A stretch of 54,261 nt of DNA, taken from positions 1 to 54,261 of IMG/VR virus record IMGVR_UViG_3300048822_000004, one strand, 5' to 3'. Both the position numbers and the translations under genes were made by a program. The notes beneath the pieces were generated by a model, which worked only from the letters and a program-made list of their open reading frames with translations, was not told the DNA's origin and searched no databases. Numbering within the stretch: the stretch's first letter is position 1; the number at the start of each line of letters is the position of its first letter. This stretch comes from a virus (lineage: Duplodnaviria; Caudoviricetes). This document shows, piece after piece, positions 9,739-19,403 of this stretch.

Positions 9739-10123
9739 GACTTGGTACGCCAAACTTAAGAAAGACGGATTTAAGGATATAGAACAGGATGAAGACAATC
9801 TAAAGGTATGGTCTAATGTATTTATAAGACCAGATGCCAATGTAAAGAACAGAAATGACTACAACGCCAGACCTAAAAGTGTAAGACAAAAGAAAGATGA
9901 ATTCGAAGCAAAAAGAGACTATTACTATTACGCAGAACATTTCCTCACAAACCATAAATTCCAATCCGAAAGAGAAAGAATTATATGGGAATATCACGTC
10001 CATGGAGTTAGTGCTCGTAACACATCTAGACTATTAGAGAAAGTAAAGATTAACATTAGTAAATCAGCAGTGAACGATATAGTAAAGAAACTCCAAATAA
10101 TCATGAAAGACCAGCTAAAGTGA
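9710..10123 (+). CDS. HTH protein (sigma region-4-like); candidate late transcription regulator
   Basis: ERERIIWEYHVHGVSARNTSRLL...ISKSAVNDIVKKL resembles a sigma4/LuxR-type HTH. Confidence 0.55.
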   Translation: MAKPTKQLLKTWYAKLKKDGFKDIEQDEDNLKVWSNVFIRPDANVKNRNDYNARPKSVRQKKDEFEAKRDYYYYAEHFLTNHKFQSERERIIWEYHVHGVSARNTSRLLEKVKINISKSAVNDIVKKLQIIMKDQLK

Positions 10124-10404
10124 TAAAAGAAATAGGCGAAAATATAGAGAGTTTTCTTAATAAAAAAATAATTAAGATTAAAGGGTATGAAGAATTATTT
10201 ACACTCCATGGTGTATTTCGTTCAATTTCTTGGGATTCAACAGAGATGAGGTTCTTAAGTTATCCTAAAAAAGACTACTATGTGTTTATAACAATTTCAG
10301 ACCAAGAACTTATTGCCGCTAACAATATGTTACGAACACTTAACCACTATATAGAAATGCCTAATTTAACATGCCTAGAAAAAATTATTTATGACATCGA
10401 CTGA
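10120..10404 (+). CDS. Hypothetical protein with C-terminal LEKIIYDI tag
   Basis: Ends LTCLEKIIYDID; overlaps both neighbours. Confidence 0.7.
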   Translation: MIKEIGENIESFLNKKIIKIKGYEELFTLHGVFRSISWDSTEMRFLSYPKKDYYVFITISDQELIAANNMLRTLNHYIEMPNLTCLEKIIYDID

Positions 10405-10816
10405 GTTTTCAGAACATTACGACATCAGGGACTATCAGCCTTCAGATAAGAACTTCGTGCTTGCGACATTTCTACGAGGTGTTTATTACGGAGATAGTTG
10501 GTTTTCTCAAATCCGTAAAGACATATTTATGGATAACTATAAGCGTATAGCGGAATTCGCTATTGACTCAGGTAAGGTAACAGTTAAGGTGGCATGTCTG
10601 CGCGAAGACCCTGATATCATTATAGGTTATAGCATCCTTAGTTCAGACTTTCAAGCTGTTTCGTGGGTGTATGTAAAGAAAGCTTGGAGACTCAAAGGAA
10701 TAGCCAAAAGCCTTTTACCGAAATTTCCACAGTATATCACACACTTGACTAAGCTAGGACAAGAACTAATGCCTAAACTACCAACAGCGACTTTTAACCC
10801 ATTCTATGGCGCATAA
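10391..10816 (+). CDS. GNAT-family acetyltransferase
   Basis: IRDY...D; YVKKAWRLKGIAKSLL acetyl-CoA motif A. Confidence 0.75.
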   Translation: MTSTEFSEHYDIRDYQPSDKNFVLATFLRGVYYGDSWFSQIRKDIFMDNYKRIAEFAIDSGKVTVKVACLREDPDIIIGYSILSSDFQAVSWVYVKKAWRLKGIAKSLLPKFPQYITHLTKLGQELMPKLPTATFNPFYGA

Positions 10817-11006
10817 AATGGGAGTAGCTCAACTCGACCCAGGAGCATTGGCTAATGCGGCGGCCAATCAAAATCAGAAACTTAACAACAATCTGGGAAC
10901 TATAGTAACAACTCCTAAGTTTTGGAAAGAACAAGTAGAAAAACAGAGAATGGATGATTTCATAAAACAATGCGAAACAGTAACAAAGGAGACAAACAAT
11001 GTCTAA
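10806..11006 (+). CDS. Hypothetical protein (RxxxFIxxC family)
   Basis: Overlapping operon ORF; QRMDDFIKQCE. Confidence 0.55.
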   Translation: MAHKMGVAQLDPGALANAAANQNQKLNNNLGTIVTTPKFWKEQVEKQRMDDFIKQCETVTKETNNV

Positions 11007-11262
11007 GTTTTTTAAGTCCAAGAAAGTAAACCTAAATCCCGCTAAGCCAGAGCCGCGTAAGCTAGAAGATATTACGAAAGAGCTTAACAATGAATGCTGG
11101 GCTTTAGGTCAACTAGAATATCAGATCTACGTTCTTCAGCAAGAAGCAGAACGAAAAAACAAGAAAATCCAAGAGCTTAACTACGAAGGAGCTAGCCGTA
11201 AAGAATTAGACTCTAAAGCCGCCGCTGACGCCCCTAAGCAAGAGGTGTCGAATGGGAACTAA
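10999..11262 (+). CDS. Coiled-coil hypothetical protein
   Basis: RBS AAGGAG; heptad pattern. Confidence 0.7.
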   Translation: MSKFFKSKKVNLNPAKPEPRKLEDITKELNNECWALGQLEYQIYVLQQEAERKNKKIQELNYEGASRKELDSKAAADAPKQEVSNGN

Positions 11263-11479
11263 AATCAAGGAAGCAACATTGTCAGGGCCTATTCATACGA
11301 TTAAATCAGGTCATATCAAGAAAGAGCTTAGTAACCAAAATTCACCTACCCATAAGGCGGTAGGCATGGAGCTTAAGTCCATTGAAGGCGGCACTTTCGT
11401 AGAGCTTACTGTACAGCACTCAAAAGAGAAAATCCTTGTGCCTTATACAGACTTTCGCAATTTAGTCCCCGGTGAATAA
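11252..11479 (+). CDS. Hypothetical protein
   Basis: RBS GAGGTG; coupled to neighbours. Confidence 0.65.
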   Translation: MGTKIKEATLSGPIHTIKSGHIKKELSNQNSPTHKAVGMELKSIEGGTFVELTVQHSKEKILVPYTDFRNLVPGE

Positions 11480-11706
11480 TGAACAGTAAAGACATGATAC
11501 GCGGTCTTATAGATTCATATAATGGCGAAACTAAAGACGAAAGAGTTATGCGAGAATTCGTTAATAAATGCGCTGAAATTAAAGGCTTAACGCAAATTCC
11601 AGAGCCTGAAAAAGAATGCCTTAAAAGCATAATTTATAAGCCTAACCCATTCTTCGAAGAATTAAAAAGGAACAGTGAAACGAAAGTTAAACCCACAGGT
11701 GAATAA
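11479..11706 (+). CDS. Hypothetical protein, tandem paralog A
   Basis: Shares DERVMREFVNKCAEIKGL with the next ORF. Confidence 0.7.
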   Translation: MNSKDMIRGLIDSYNGETKDERVMREFVNKCAEIKGLTQIPEPEKECLKSIIYKPNPFFEELKRNSETKVKPTGE

Positions 11707-11954
11707 TGGCTAATCAATCCGCGAACAGTATGATAGAAGCGCTTAAAAAAATTTATGGCGCAGGTGAGACGGAAGACGAAAGAGTTATGCGAGAATTCGT
11801 TAATAAATGTGCAGAGATTAAAGGTTTGCCACAGACTCCAGCACCTGAAAATTGGTTCTTGAAAGACATATTTAATAGAGGCAATCCACTTCTTAAAATA
11901 ATTAATGATGAAGCTAAAGGCTCTTATGTGCCAGTTCCAATAAAGGTAAAATGA
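11706..11954 (+). CDS. Hypothetical protein, tandem paralog B
   Basis: Same core; TAATG coupling. Confidence 0.7.
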   Translation: MANQSANSMIEALKKIYGAGETEDERVMREFVNKCAEIKGLPQTPAPENWFLKDIFNRGNPLLKIINDEAKGSYVPVPIKVK

Positions 11955-12103
11955 GCTATTCTGTAACACCTCCAACAAGGAAAGACAGGCTACTTCAAAA
12001 TTTCATTAATCGCTGCTTAGAAGTAACTAAAAGAGATAGGGTCATAAAAGCCTTTTTAAAACCAAATGAAAAGAATAGTAAAAGATCAGACGACAAAAAC
12101 TGA
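11951..12103 (+). CDS. 50-aa hypothetical protein (not in ORF track)
   Basis: ATGA overlap; MSYSVTPPTRKDRLLQNFINRCLEVTK..., resembling the upstream paralogs. Confidence 0.55.
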   Translation: MSYSVTPPTRKDRLLQNFINRCLEVTKRDRVIKAFLKPNEKNSKRSDDKN

Positions 12104-13514
12104 AGTAGATCAGTTTTGGCACCGTAAGTTCAATATAACTTCCTTTCTGTTCGATAGACAGCTCGCATTCGTTCAAGACCCTAGCCCATTTAAAGTAGCG
12201 GTTTGTAGCCGCAGAGCCGGTAAGACCGTTGCCTGCGCAGCCCACCTAGTGCATACAGCTATTAATAATCCAAATACTACAAGTCTTTACATAACACTTA
12301 CTGGTACTAGCGGTAAGCGTATCATCTGGAAAGAATTTAAGAATTTACTAAGGAATTTTAAACTAGAGAATGACGCTAAACTCAACGAAGTAGAACTATC
12401 AGTGACATTTCGTAACGGCGCAGTGATTTACGTAGTAGGAGCAGGAGATTCAGCAGAAATCAATAAATACAGGGGTTTAGCTCTTAAACTTGTGTATATC
12501 GATGAGTGCCAGTCCTTTAAAGAATACATCAAGGATTTAATAGACGACGTAATAGGCCCAGCTCTCATAGATTATGCAGGCGAACTATGCCTTATAGGAA
12601 CACCAGGGCCAGTGCCGGCAGGGTATTTCCATGAATGCGCAGCCGAAGGTAGCGATAGTGTATGGTCTAGACACGCATGGACTTTTTGGGATAACCCGTT
12701 TATACCAATCACATCTAAAAAGACCCATCAAGAAGTATTCGACAGAGAGATGAAGCGTCGAGGTATATCGGACCTTAATAATCCTAGTGTTCAAAGGGAG
12801 TGGTTTGGTAAGTGGAAGATCGATGATGACTCATTAATACTTCATTACCGAGAAGCCAAGAATAACTACGATGTCCTGCCTCCCCATAAGCAGTATAATT
12901 ACATAATGGGCGTAGACGTGGGCTTTAGAGATGCCGACGCTATAGCCATTCTGGCATGGTCTGAGGCTGATAAGGTAACGTATCTAATCGAAGAAATCAT
13001 TACTACGAAGCAAGACACCACTGCATTAGCTACTCAAATCAAGGACTTAGAGAAGAAGTACAAGATCGATAAAATCGTTATGGATATGGGAGCACTTGGT
13101 AAAAAGATAGGCGAGGAATTCATTAGACGATGGCACATACCAGTAGAACCTGCTGATAAGACCAGGAAGATAGAAAACCTGGCCTTGTTAGATGATGCCC
13201 TTAGGAATGGTACTTTCAAAGCCAAAACAAAGTCTACATTCGCTCAAGATACCTATAAGGTAGAAAAAGACGTAGATAAATCCACGCCTGAAAAAACAGT
13301 CATAAGTACAAGATTTCACTCAGATATAATTGATTCTGTGCTTTATGCTTTCAAAATCAGTCCTGCCTATGCTTACGTAAAACCTACAGAGAAGCCTAAG
13401 TATGGTACGAAAGAATGGGCAGATGCCGAAAATGATGCCATGTGGGAAAAAGAACTCGAGGGATATAAGCAGGATGATTCCTACCAGAAATGGCTAAGCG
13501 GAGAAGAAAACTAA
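12066..13514 (+). CDS. terL: Terminase large subunit
   Basis: SRRAGKT Walker A, YIDE Walker B, IGTP, nuclease GVDVG..D, H.D..D. Confidence 0.93.
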   Translation: MKRIVKDQTTKTEVDQFWHRKFNITSFLFDRQLAFVQDPSPFKVAVCSRRAGKTVACAAHLVHTAINNPNTTSLYITLTGTSGKRIIWKEFKNLLRNFKLENDAKLNEVELSVTFRNGAVIYVVGAGDSAEINKYRGLALKLVYIDECQSFKEYIKDLIDDVIGPALIDYAGELCLIGTPGPVPAGYFHECAAEGSDSVWSRHAWTFWDNPFIPITSKKTHQEVFDREMKRRGISDLNNPSVQREWFGKWKIDDDSLILHYREAKNNYDVLPPHKQYNYIMGVDVGFRDADAIAILAWSEADKVTYLIEEIITTKQDTTALATQIKDLEKKYKIDKIVMDMGALGKKIGEEFIRRWHIPVEPADKTRKIENLALLDDALRNGTFKAKTKSTFAQDTYKVEKDVDKSTPEKTVISTRFHSDIIDSVLYAFKISPAYAYVKPTEKPKYGTKEWADAENDAMWEKELEGYKQDDSYQKWLSGEEN

Positions 13515-13539
13515 TCAATTAAATACTATAGCACACGTT

Positions 13540-13554
13540 GGACTGTATCGCAAT
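13540..13554 (+). promoter_or_regulatory. Putative late promoter / activator site GGACTGTATCGCAAT (copy 1)
   Basis: 15-mer repeated at five intergenic sites; this one heads the head-gene operon. Confidence 0.75.
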
Positions 13555-13575
13555 ATAGAACATTTGAGGTGAGCT

Positions 13576-13824
13576 TTGCTGCCGTTCCTACGTAAAAAAC
13601 AAGAAGAAGGCTCCTCACCCACATTATCCATTAAAACAAGAACCCCAGATAAAAAAGAAGATAGCGACGACGCAGGGCTTAATGCCTGTGCTCAAGACCT
13701 ATTAGATGCAGTACAAGCCAGAGACGTATCAGGCGTTGCAGCCGCATTGAAAGCAGCCTTTGAGATAGCTGATTCTCAGCCTCATGAAGAAGGCCCTCAC
13801 ACTTACGAAGACCAAAAGGAATAA
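13576..13824 (+). CDS. Hypothetical protein
   Basis: RBS GAGGTG, TTG start. Confidence 0.7.
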   Translation: MLPFLRKKQEEGSSPTLSIKTRTPDKKEDSDDAGLNACAQDLLDAVQARDVSGVAAALKAAFEIADSQPHEEGPHTYEDQKE

Positions 13825-13826
13825 TA

Positions 13827-14234
13827 ATGGCAGTCAATATGACCCAAACAGTAAACGGACTATCTACTACAACTCTTAATATCCCTACTACGGATTTCTA
13901 CACTGTTTCAGGTACTCTTGAACTACCAAAGACAGGCCCAGTGGCAACACAAGGCCCTGGTGGTGGCGCAGGTACAGGCGCTGGCGGCACTGTAGGTGGC
14001 ACAGGCCAAATGGTTCCTTCCCAAGTAGTAGTAACGGTGAACCATAATGGTACTCCGATCTATACAGGTGCTGCAGGCGCTAAAGGATTTATTACAGGTG
14101 CGGCTTGTACTGCAGGAGATACGCTTACAGTAGTACTCACGTCTAGTGAGAACTCAACTCAAGCCGATCCACAGCTAAACGCAGTTAAATGCACTATAGT
14201 TTTAATTGAAGGTTTTAATCTAGGCGAAGCATAA
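13827..14234 (+). CDS. Small beta-rich virion protein (paralog family)
   Basis: T/G-rich; shares GD...TSS...D.QLNAVK with 14234, 47950 and 48278. Confidence 0.65.
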   Translation: MAVNMTQTVNGLSTTTLNIPTTDFYTVSGTLELPKTGPVATQGPGGGAGTGAGGTVGGTGQMVPSQVVVTVNHNGTPIYTGAAGAKGFITGAACTAGDTLTVVLTSSENSTQADPQLNAVKCTIVLIEGFNLGEA

Positions 14235-14557
14235 TGAATTTCAATATAAACGAGACATTCGTAGGGCTTCGCACTATACAGCTAGCCTGTCTAACACCAG
14301 GGCCTACTGTCATAGTAGGTAAGCTGTCTTTACCAAAGGTAAGCCAAGGCGACTCAGGCGCTTCTACCTGTGTAGTAACAGTGAATCAAAATGGCACGCC
14401 TATATACACAGGCAACCCAGGCGCAGACGGCTTTAGAACAGGCGTAACCACACTCCCCGGTGACATCGTAACTATCACGACTAGTTCTAGCAGCCCTGTA
14501 GACCAACAACTCAACGCAGTAAAAATGACTTTGTCTTTATGGCAAGGTGGAGAATAG
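14234..14557 (+). CDS. Small beta-rich virion protein (paralog family)
   Basis: VVTVNQNGTPIYTG is near-identical to VVTVNHNGTPIYTG in 13827. Confidence 0.65.
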   Translation: MNFNINETFVGLRTIQLACLTPGPTVIVGKLSLPKVSQGDSGASTCVVTVNQNGTPIYTGNPGADGFRTGVTTLPGDIVTITTSSSSPVDQQLNAVKMTLSLWQGGE

Positions 14558-14558
14558 A

Positions 14559-15992
14559 ATGCCACTAATCAAGGGTAAGTCCAAAAAAGCAATGTCAGAG
14601 AATATCGAAACTGAAATGCACGCAGGCAAGCCGCAAAAGCAAGCCATTGCAATCGCGTATGCTACACGCAAAGCCGCAATGAAGCCTAAAAAGAAAGCCT
14701 CAGGCGGTACTGTTGAATCAGGCAGCCGTGATATGAACTACGCTGATGGCGGACTACTCGGTAAAGACGATGTAGTATCGGCTTCTAATGAGAAGCGTCC
14801 CATGCCTAAAAATCGTTATAACGACTCTAAGAACATATCGCAGAACTCAGGCGATAAACCTCTTAGAGACAGCGACTGGACAGACACACCTACAGAGCGC
14901 CAAGCCAAAGCAAACGATATTAGAGGCAGAACTCAAAAGATAAAACACCCCAGCATGGTGAAATCAGACGTCCTTCAAGTCCGTCTCCGCGACGAAGAAG
15001 ACGATCTCCAAGACTCAGCAGGCACCAACGAAGGCCCGCAACGTCAGCCTCCAGAACACGACAATGAAGAAGGTCCTGATCGCTCAGGTACAGAGCCTCA
15101 TAAACAAACCGCTATTAGCACAGGCCGTAAGGTCATGGCTAAAGGCGGTAAAGTCGAATCAAGTGATTACGACGATACAGACCCTAATGCTGCTACAGAT
15201 AGCTTTAAAGACGACACGCCTTCAGAAGACGAAGGCGCAGAAATGGCTAGACATCATAACGAAGAATACCAGCGCCAGACTTCTGGCAATCCCGACATGT
15301 CTAAGCCGCATAATAAAGACCAGTCTAGCGCATATAGCAACGAAGAAGACTCAGAAGACGCCTATGGCGAAGATGATTTAGACCAAGCCCCTTCGGCCTT
15401 TGCTGACGGCGGAGAAGTAGAAGAAGATGATAGCGCTTTAGGAGATACATCTACAGGCAATACAAAGCCTTATTCAGCTGAAGATAATTACAATAAAAAC
15501 GCTATGGAAGCTCGTAAAAAATCAGCATATGATTCGGCAGATACAGCTGGATATGCATACGGCGGTGAGGCCGAAATGGAAGGCGAGCACCATGACTCTA
15601 TTGCGGCAGCTATTATGGCTAACCGTGAGCGTATGCATGCAGAAATCGACTCAGGCGCTCGTGATCTAGACGAAGCCGTCCGTATGGCACGAGGCGGCGA
15701 AATCACTGAAGAAAGAGGCCATATCCTTTCTGAAGGTGCAATGGACTCCGATGACTCCTCACAAGTAGACCTTCGCCGTAATGCCGAGGAAGATCAAAAC
15801 CAAGAAGATCAAGCCTCGTTTCATGCACTAGAAAAAGAAAACTACAATGAATCTAGTGGTTTAGATGATCTCGACTACGACACTAGTAGATCAGTAGGCG
15901 ACAGAGAAGAATCAGACGACTCTGACAAAAAAGACATGGTGGACAGTATTCGTAAGAAGATGCGTCCCAAATGGAAGTTATCTGAAACCTAA
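14559..15992 (+). CDS. Acidic, likely disordered protein with repeated AxGG motifs
   Basis: N-terminus MPLIKGKSKK...GKPQKQAIAIAY; D/E-rich; six AxGG motifs. Confidence 0.75.
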   Translation: MPLIKGKSKKAMSENIETEMHAGKPQKQAIAIAYATRKAAMKPKKKASGGTVESGSRDMNYADGGLLGKDDVVSASNEKRPMPKNRYNDSKNISQNSGDKPLRDSDWTDTPTERQAKANDIRGRTQKIKHPSMVKSDVLQVRLRDEEDDLQDSAGTNEGPQRQPPEHDNEEGPDRSGTEPHKQTAISTGRKVMAKGGKVESSDYDDTDPNAATDSFKDDTPSEDEGAEMARHHNEEYQRQTSGNPDMSKPHNKDQSSAYSNEEDSEDAYGEDDLDQAPSAFADGGEVEEDDSALGDTSTGNTKPYSAEDNYNKNAMEARKKSAYDSADTAGYAYGGEAEMEGEHHDSIAAAIMANRERMHAEIDSGARDLDEAVRMARGGEITEERGHILSEGAMDSDDSSQVDLRRNAEEDQNQEDQASFHALEKENYNESSGLDDLDYDTSRSVGDREESDDSDKKDMVDSIRKKMRPKWKLSET

Positions 15993-16099
15993 TGGATGAT
16001 GATTCGTTATATCTCATCCTAGCATTCGTATGCTTTTGTATTGGCTTCATAGGATTACTTAAAACAATAGAGCCTAATAATGATTCTAAAAACGATTAA
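15992..16099 (+). CDS. 35-aa membrane peptide (not in ORF track)
   Basis: TAATG coupling; MDDDSLYLILAFVCFCIGFIGLLK... Confidence 0.4.
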   Translation: MDDDSLYLILAFVCFCIGFIGLLKTIEPNNDSKND

Positions 16100-16343
16100 A
16101 GACCTTGATAAGCTCATAAAGCTCTGCAAGAAGCAGGGAATCTCCGGCATCAAGGTAGGAAACGTAGAGTTTAACCTAGAGCCTATTAAGCCGTCTAGCA
16201 TAGAGCCTATATCACCTGAGGCTACTGTCAAGGTTCCTAAGTTCAATGGAAGCCTAGAACCTGACAAAATCGACAGCGATCAGCTCACAGACGAGCAACT
16301 AATGTATTACTCAGTTAAGCCAGAGCCTGGAGCGGATAGCTAA
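16080..16343 (+). CDS. Hypothetical protein upstream of the portal
   Basis: Coupled to the portal gene (TAATG). Confidence 0.65.
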   Translation: MILKTIKDLDKLIKLCKKQGISGIKVGNVEFNLEPIKPSSIEPISPEATVKVPKFNGSLEPDKIDSDQLTDEQLMYYSVKPEPGADS

Positions 16344-18247
16344 TGAAAGTCACTAATAAACCCGCCAACAAAGCCCAGGTAACATTTAAGACTCGACCAG
16401 ACATCGAGTCCATGACTCTTTCGCCTTGGTGGGAATTTAAAGAGCCTGACAAAGCCGCTATGTATCTCCTTACGGCGGCTGCCTACCTAAAAGAAGCCCA
16501 GAACTATAGATATAAGCAAGCAGCTATTTATGCGAGATTATATGGAAATCAAAGTCTTTATGCTTTCGCTGGGTCCAATATTAATAAAATGGACCAAACG
16601 AAAGGGCTTCCGCAAGAGCGTCCCACGTTTAACCTTATACAAAGTGTCACTGACACATTGGTCTCTCGCCTTTCACAGAGTCGGCCTGCGCCTGTGTTCC
16701 TCACCGACAATGGAGACTACAAGCAAAGGACCTTATCTAAAAAGCTTAATAACTTCGTTCAAGGTGAATTTTATCAGACCGATGCTTATGAAAAAGCCAC
16801 TATCGCATTACGAGACGCCCTAGTCCAGGGCACAGGCGTACTACATACTTATGAGACACCAGACCATAAAGTAGGCCTTGAGCGCGTACTCCTGACAGAG
16901 CTTCTCATAGACCCTACAGAAGCCATGTATGGCGAGCCTAGGCAACTCTATCGTTTAAAGCTAGTAGACAGAGAAGTCCTTAAGGCTAACTTCCCTAAGT
17001 TTAAAGATAAATTAGAGATAGCAGCCAAGGGCTATCCAGATAACAGCACAGAAGCCTCTAAAACCGTTTCAGACCTAGTAATGGTTGTAGAAGCCTGGCA
17101 TCTGCCGTCAGGTAAGAACATCGGGGATGGACGTCATACGATTGCTTGCAGCTCTGGTTATCTTTTAGATGAAGAATACACTAAGGATCGTTTCCCATTT
17201 TCATTCATACACTATAGCCCACGTCTCCTAGGATTCTGGTCTCAAGGTGTTGCAGAACAGCTCATGGGGACGCAAATGGATCTCAACTCCATTCTATTCA
17301 CTATCTCAAAAGCCATTAAACTCGTAGGAGTTCCTCGTGTATTTCAAGAAGAAGGCTCAAAAATCTCCAACGCTGCGCATAACAATGATATCGGTGTCAT
17401 TGTTAAGTACAGAGGCACAAAACCAGAATATGAAGTCGCACCGTGCAATGCGCCTGAACTCTACGCAGAGCGAGATAAGCTGATCGCTTATGGATACCAA
17501 CAATCCGGCGTATCGGCTCTACAAGCATCTTCTCAAAAACCTCAAGGCCTTGACTCAGGTGAAGCTATCCGAACGTACGATGATATATCTACGGATCGCT
17601 TTGCTTCTTTATCTCGCCGCTACGATAATCTATTCATCGACCTTGCTTATCAAATCGTAGATCTTGCTAAAGACATTGCTATCGAACAGGGCTCTTATCA
17701 AACCGTTTATCCTAACAAGGACGGCACGAGAGAGATAGACCTTCCCCATGCCCAGCTCGTAGATGATCCCTTTATCATCCAGTGTTTTACGCAGTCCAGC
17801 CTACCTAAAGACCCCGCAGGCCGTCTCTCTAAGATAACGGAAATGGTTCAGGCCGGAATGATTACGGTTCAGGAAGGTCGTAGGTTATTAGACTACCCAG
17901 ACCTTGAACAGATAGAGAAGCTCGCTAATGCCGCTGAAGAACGTATATTTCAAATCCTAGATGAGATCATCGAGACTGGGACATACACTCCTCCAGACCC
18001 TTTCATGAACCTGGACTTAGCCACTCAACTCACAACCCAGTATATAAACCTTTATGGCCAAGCCAAACTAGAAGAATCTAAGGCCCAGAAGCTCAGAGAT
18101 TTCTTTACTCAAGTCCAAACCCTGAAGCAAGCCGCTATGCCGCCGCCAATGCCTCAGGCAGGCGCGCCAGGCCCGCAGGCTAACCCACAACCCGCGCCTC
18201 AGTCACCATTGATTCCAAATAGCCCTAATCCACCGCCCCAGCAATAA
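16343..18247 (+). CDS. Portal protein
   Basis: 634 aa, position between terminase and scaffold, NLIQSVTDTLVSRL...P and SG.A motifs, Pro/Gln-rich tail. Confidence 0.85.
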   Translation: MKVTNKPANKAQVTFKTRPDIESMTLSPWWEFKEPDKAAMYLLTAAAYLKEAQNYRYKQAAIYARLYGNQSLYAFAGSNINKMDQTKGLPQERPTFNLIQSVTDTLVSRLSQSRPAPVFLTDNGDYKQRTLSKKLNNFVQGEFYQTDAYEKATIALRDALVQGTGVLHTYETPDHKVGLERVLLTELLIDPTEAMYGEPRQLYRLKLVDREVLKANFPKFKDKLEIAAKGYPDNSTEASKTVSDLVMVVEAWHLPSGKNIGDGRHTIACSSGYLLDEEYTKDRFPFSFIHYSPRLLGFWSQGVAEQLMGTQMDLNSILFTISKAIKLVGVPRVFQEEGSKISNAAHNNDIGVIVKYRGTKPEYEVAPCNAPELYAERDKLIAYGYQQSGVSALQASSQKPQGLDSGEAIRTYDDISTDRFASLSRRYDNLFIDLAYQIVDLAKDIAIEQGSYQTVYPNKDGTREIDLPHAQLVDDPFIIQCFTQSSLPKDPAGRLSKITEMVQAGMITVQEGRRLLDYPDLEQIEKLANAAEERIFQILDEIIETGTYTPPDPFMNLDLATQLTTQYINLYGQAKLEESKAQKLRDFFTQVQTLKQAAMPPPMPQAGAPGPQANPQPAPQSPLIPNSPNPPPQQ

Positions 18248-18256
18248 GGAAAAACA

Positions 18257-19312
18257 ATGAAAGTAACACCCGTAGCATCACCATTAGCTGTTCAGCAAAC
18301 CAGTACTAACACAGCAGCGGTATCGGACGCCAAAGCCCGTGCCGTAGCAATACTGTCAGGTAAAGCCGCACCGACCCAAGGACAAGCCCAGGAAACACCT
18401 GTCAGTAACCCTAATCAAGTCTCAGCTGAGGAATTATCGGCTATACGCGCTCCTACAGAAGCCCCCGCTACCCAGGTAGAGGCCCAGGCTGAAGCACCTC
18501 AAGGCGAGGCTGATAAGCATCCAGAAGTACCAGAGAAAAAAGACCCAAAGGCAAGTCAGGAATGGGCTAGACTTGCCCGCCAAGAACGTATCCTGCGCCA
18601 GCGCGCCAAGGAACAGGATCAGAAGTTCCGACAACGTGAAGAAGCAATTAAGGCCAGAGAGGCCGAAGCCGCCTCTAAAGCCGATTTATATCAGAAAGGG
18701 TATATTTCAGTTGAGGAGCTAAAGAGAGATCTATTAAGCGCTACTGAGAAGGCAGGACTTAGTTACGATGAAGTAGCTCAGCAGATGTTGAACACTACTA
18801 AAATCGATCCTAGACTTCAGTCTCATATAGACCGCTTACAAGCCAAAATCGACAGCTTAGAGAAAGCCACTATTGAAGGCAACGAAAGAGCCACGAAACA
18901 ACAACAGGACTCCTACAACGCAGCTGTTAAACAAATCAAGACTGATGTAGCTAACTTAGTGAAAACAGACCCGAATTTCGAAACTGTTGCTAAGACTAAC
19001 AGTGTCAACGACGTCGTAGAACTCATTACTAGGACTTATGAGAAAGACGGCATCCTGTTGACAGTGGAAGAAGCCGCTCAGGAAGTCGAAAATTATCTTA
19101 TCGATGAAGCATTGAAATTAACTCGTATCGAAAAAATTAAGCGCAAGCTCCAGCCTATGGCCAATAGTTCTGGTGAGAAGACAGCGCAATCCGCAGCTAC
19201 AAAAGGGGCCGCTCAACCCCAAATGAAAACCTTGACTAACGCCGTATCTAGTACTCGGAAGCTGAGTGCCAGGGAACGCGCCTTGTTAGCATTTCGAGGT
19301 GAGCTTAAATAG
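18257..19312 (+). CDS. Capsid scaffolding protein
   Basis: Helical/coiled-coil, directly upstream of the capsid gene. Confidence 0.75.
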   Translation: MKVTPVASPLAVQQTSTNTAAVSDAKARAVAILSGKAAPTQGQAQETPVSNPNQVSAEELSAIRAPTEAPATQVEAQAEAPQGEADKHPEVPEKKDPKASQEWARLARQERILRQRAKEQDQKFRQREEAIKAREAEAASKADLYQKGYISVEELKRDLLSATEKAGLSYDEVAQQMLNTTKIDPRLQSHIDRLQAKIDSLEKATIEGNERATKQQQDSYNAAVKQIKTDVANLVKTDPNFETVAKTNSVNDVVELITRTYEKDGILLTVEEAAQEVENYLIDEALKLTRIEKIKRKLQPMANSSGEKTAQSAATKGAAQPQMKTLTNAVSSTRKLSARERALLAFRGELK

Positions 19313-19319
19313 TATAGCC

Positions 19320-19340
19320 GTATACTGAAATTCAGTATAC
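19320..19340. repeat. 21-bp palindrome in the capsid leader
   Basis: GTATACTGAA-A-TTCAGTATAC. Confidence 0.7.
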
Positions 19341-19403
19341 CTATATACCATGCTTGGCATAGGGTTAAGTATTGGAAATAATTAAATAAATAAAGGAAAT
19401 ACA

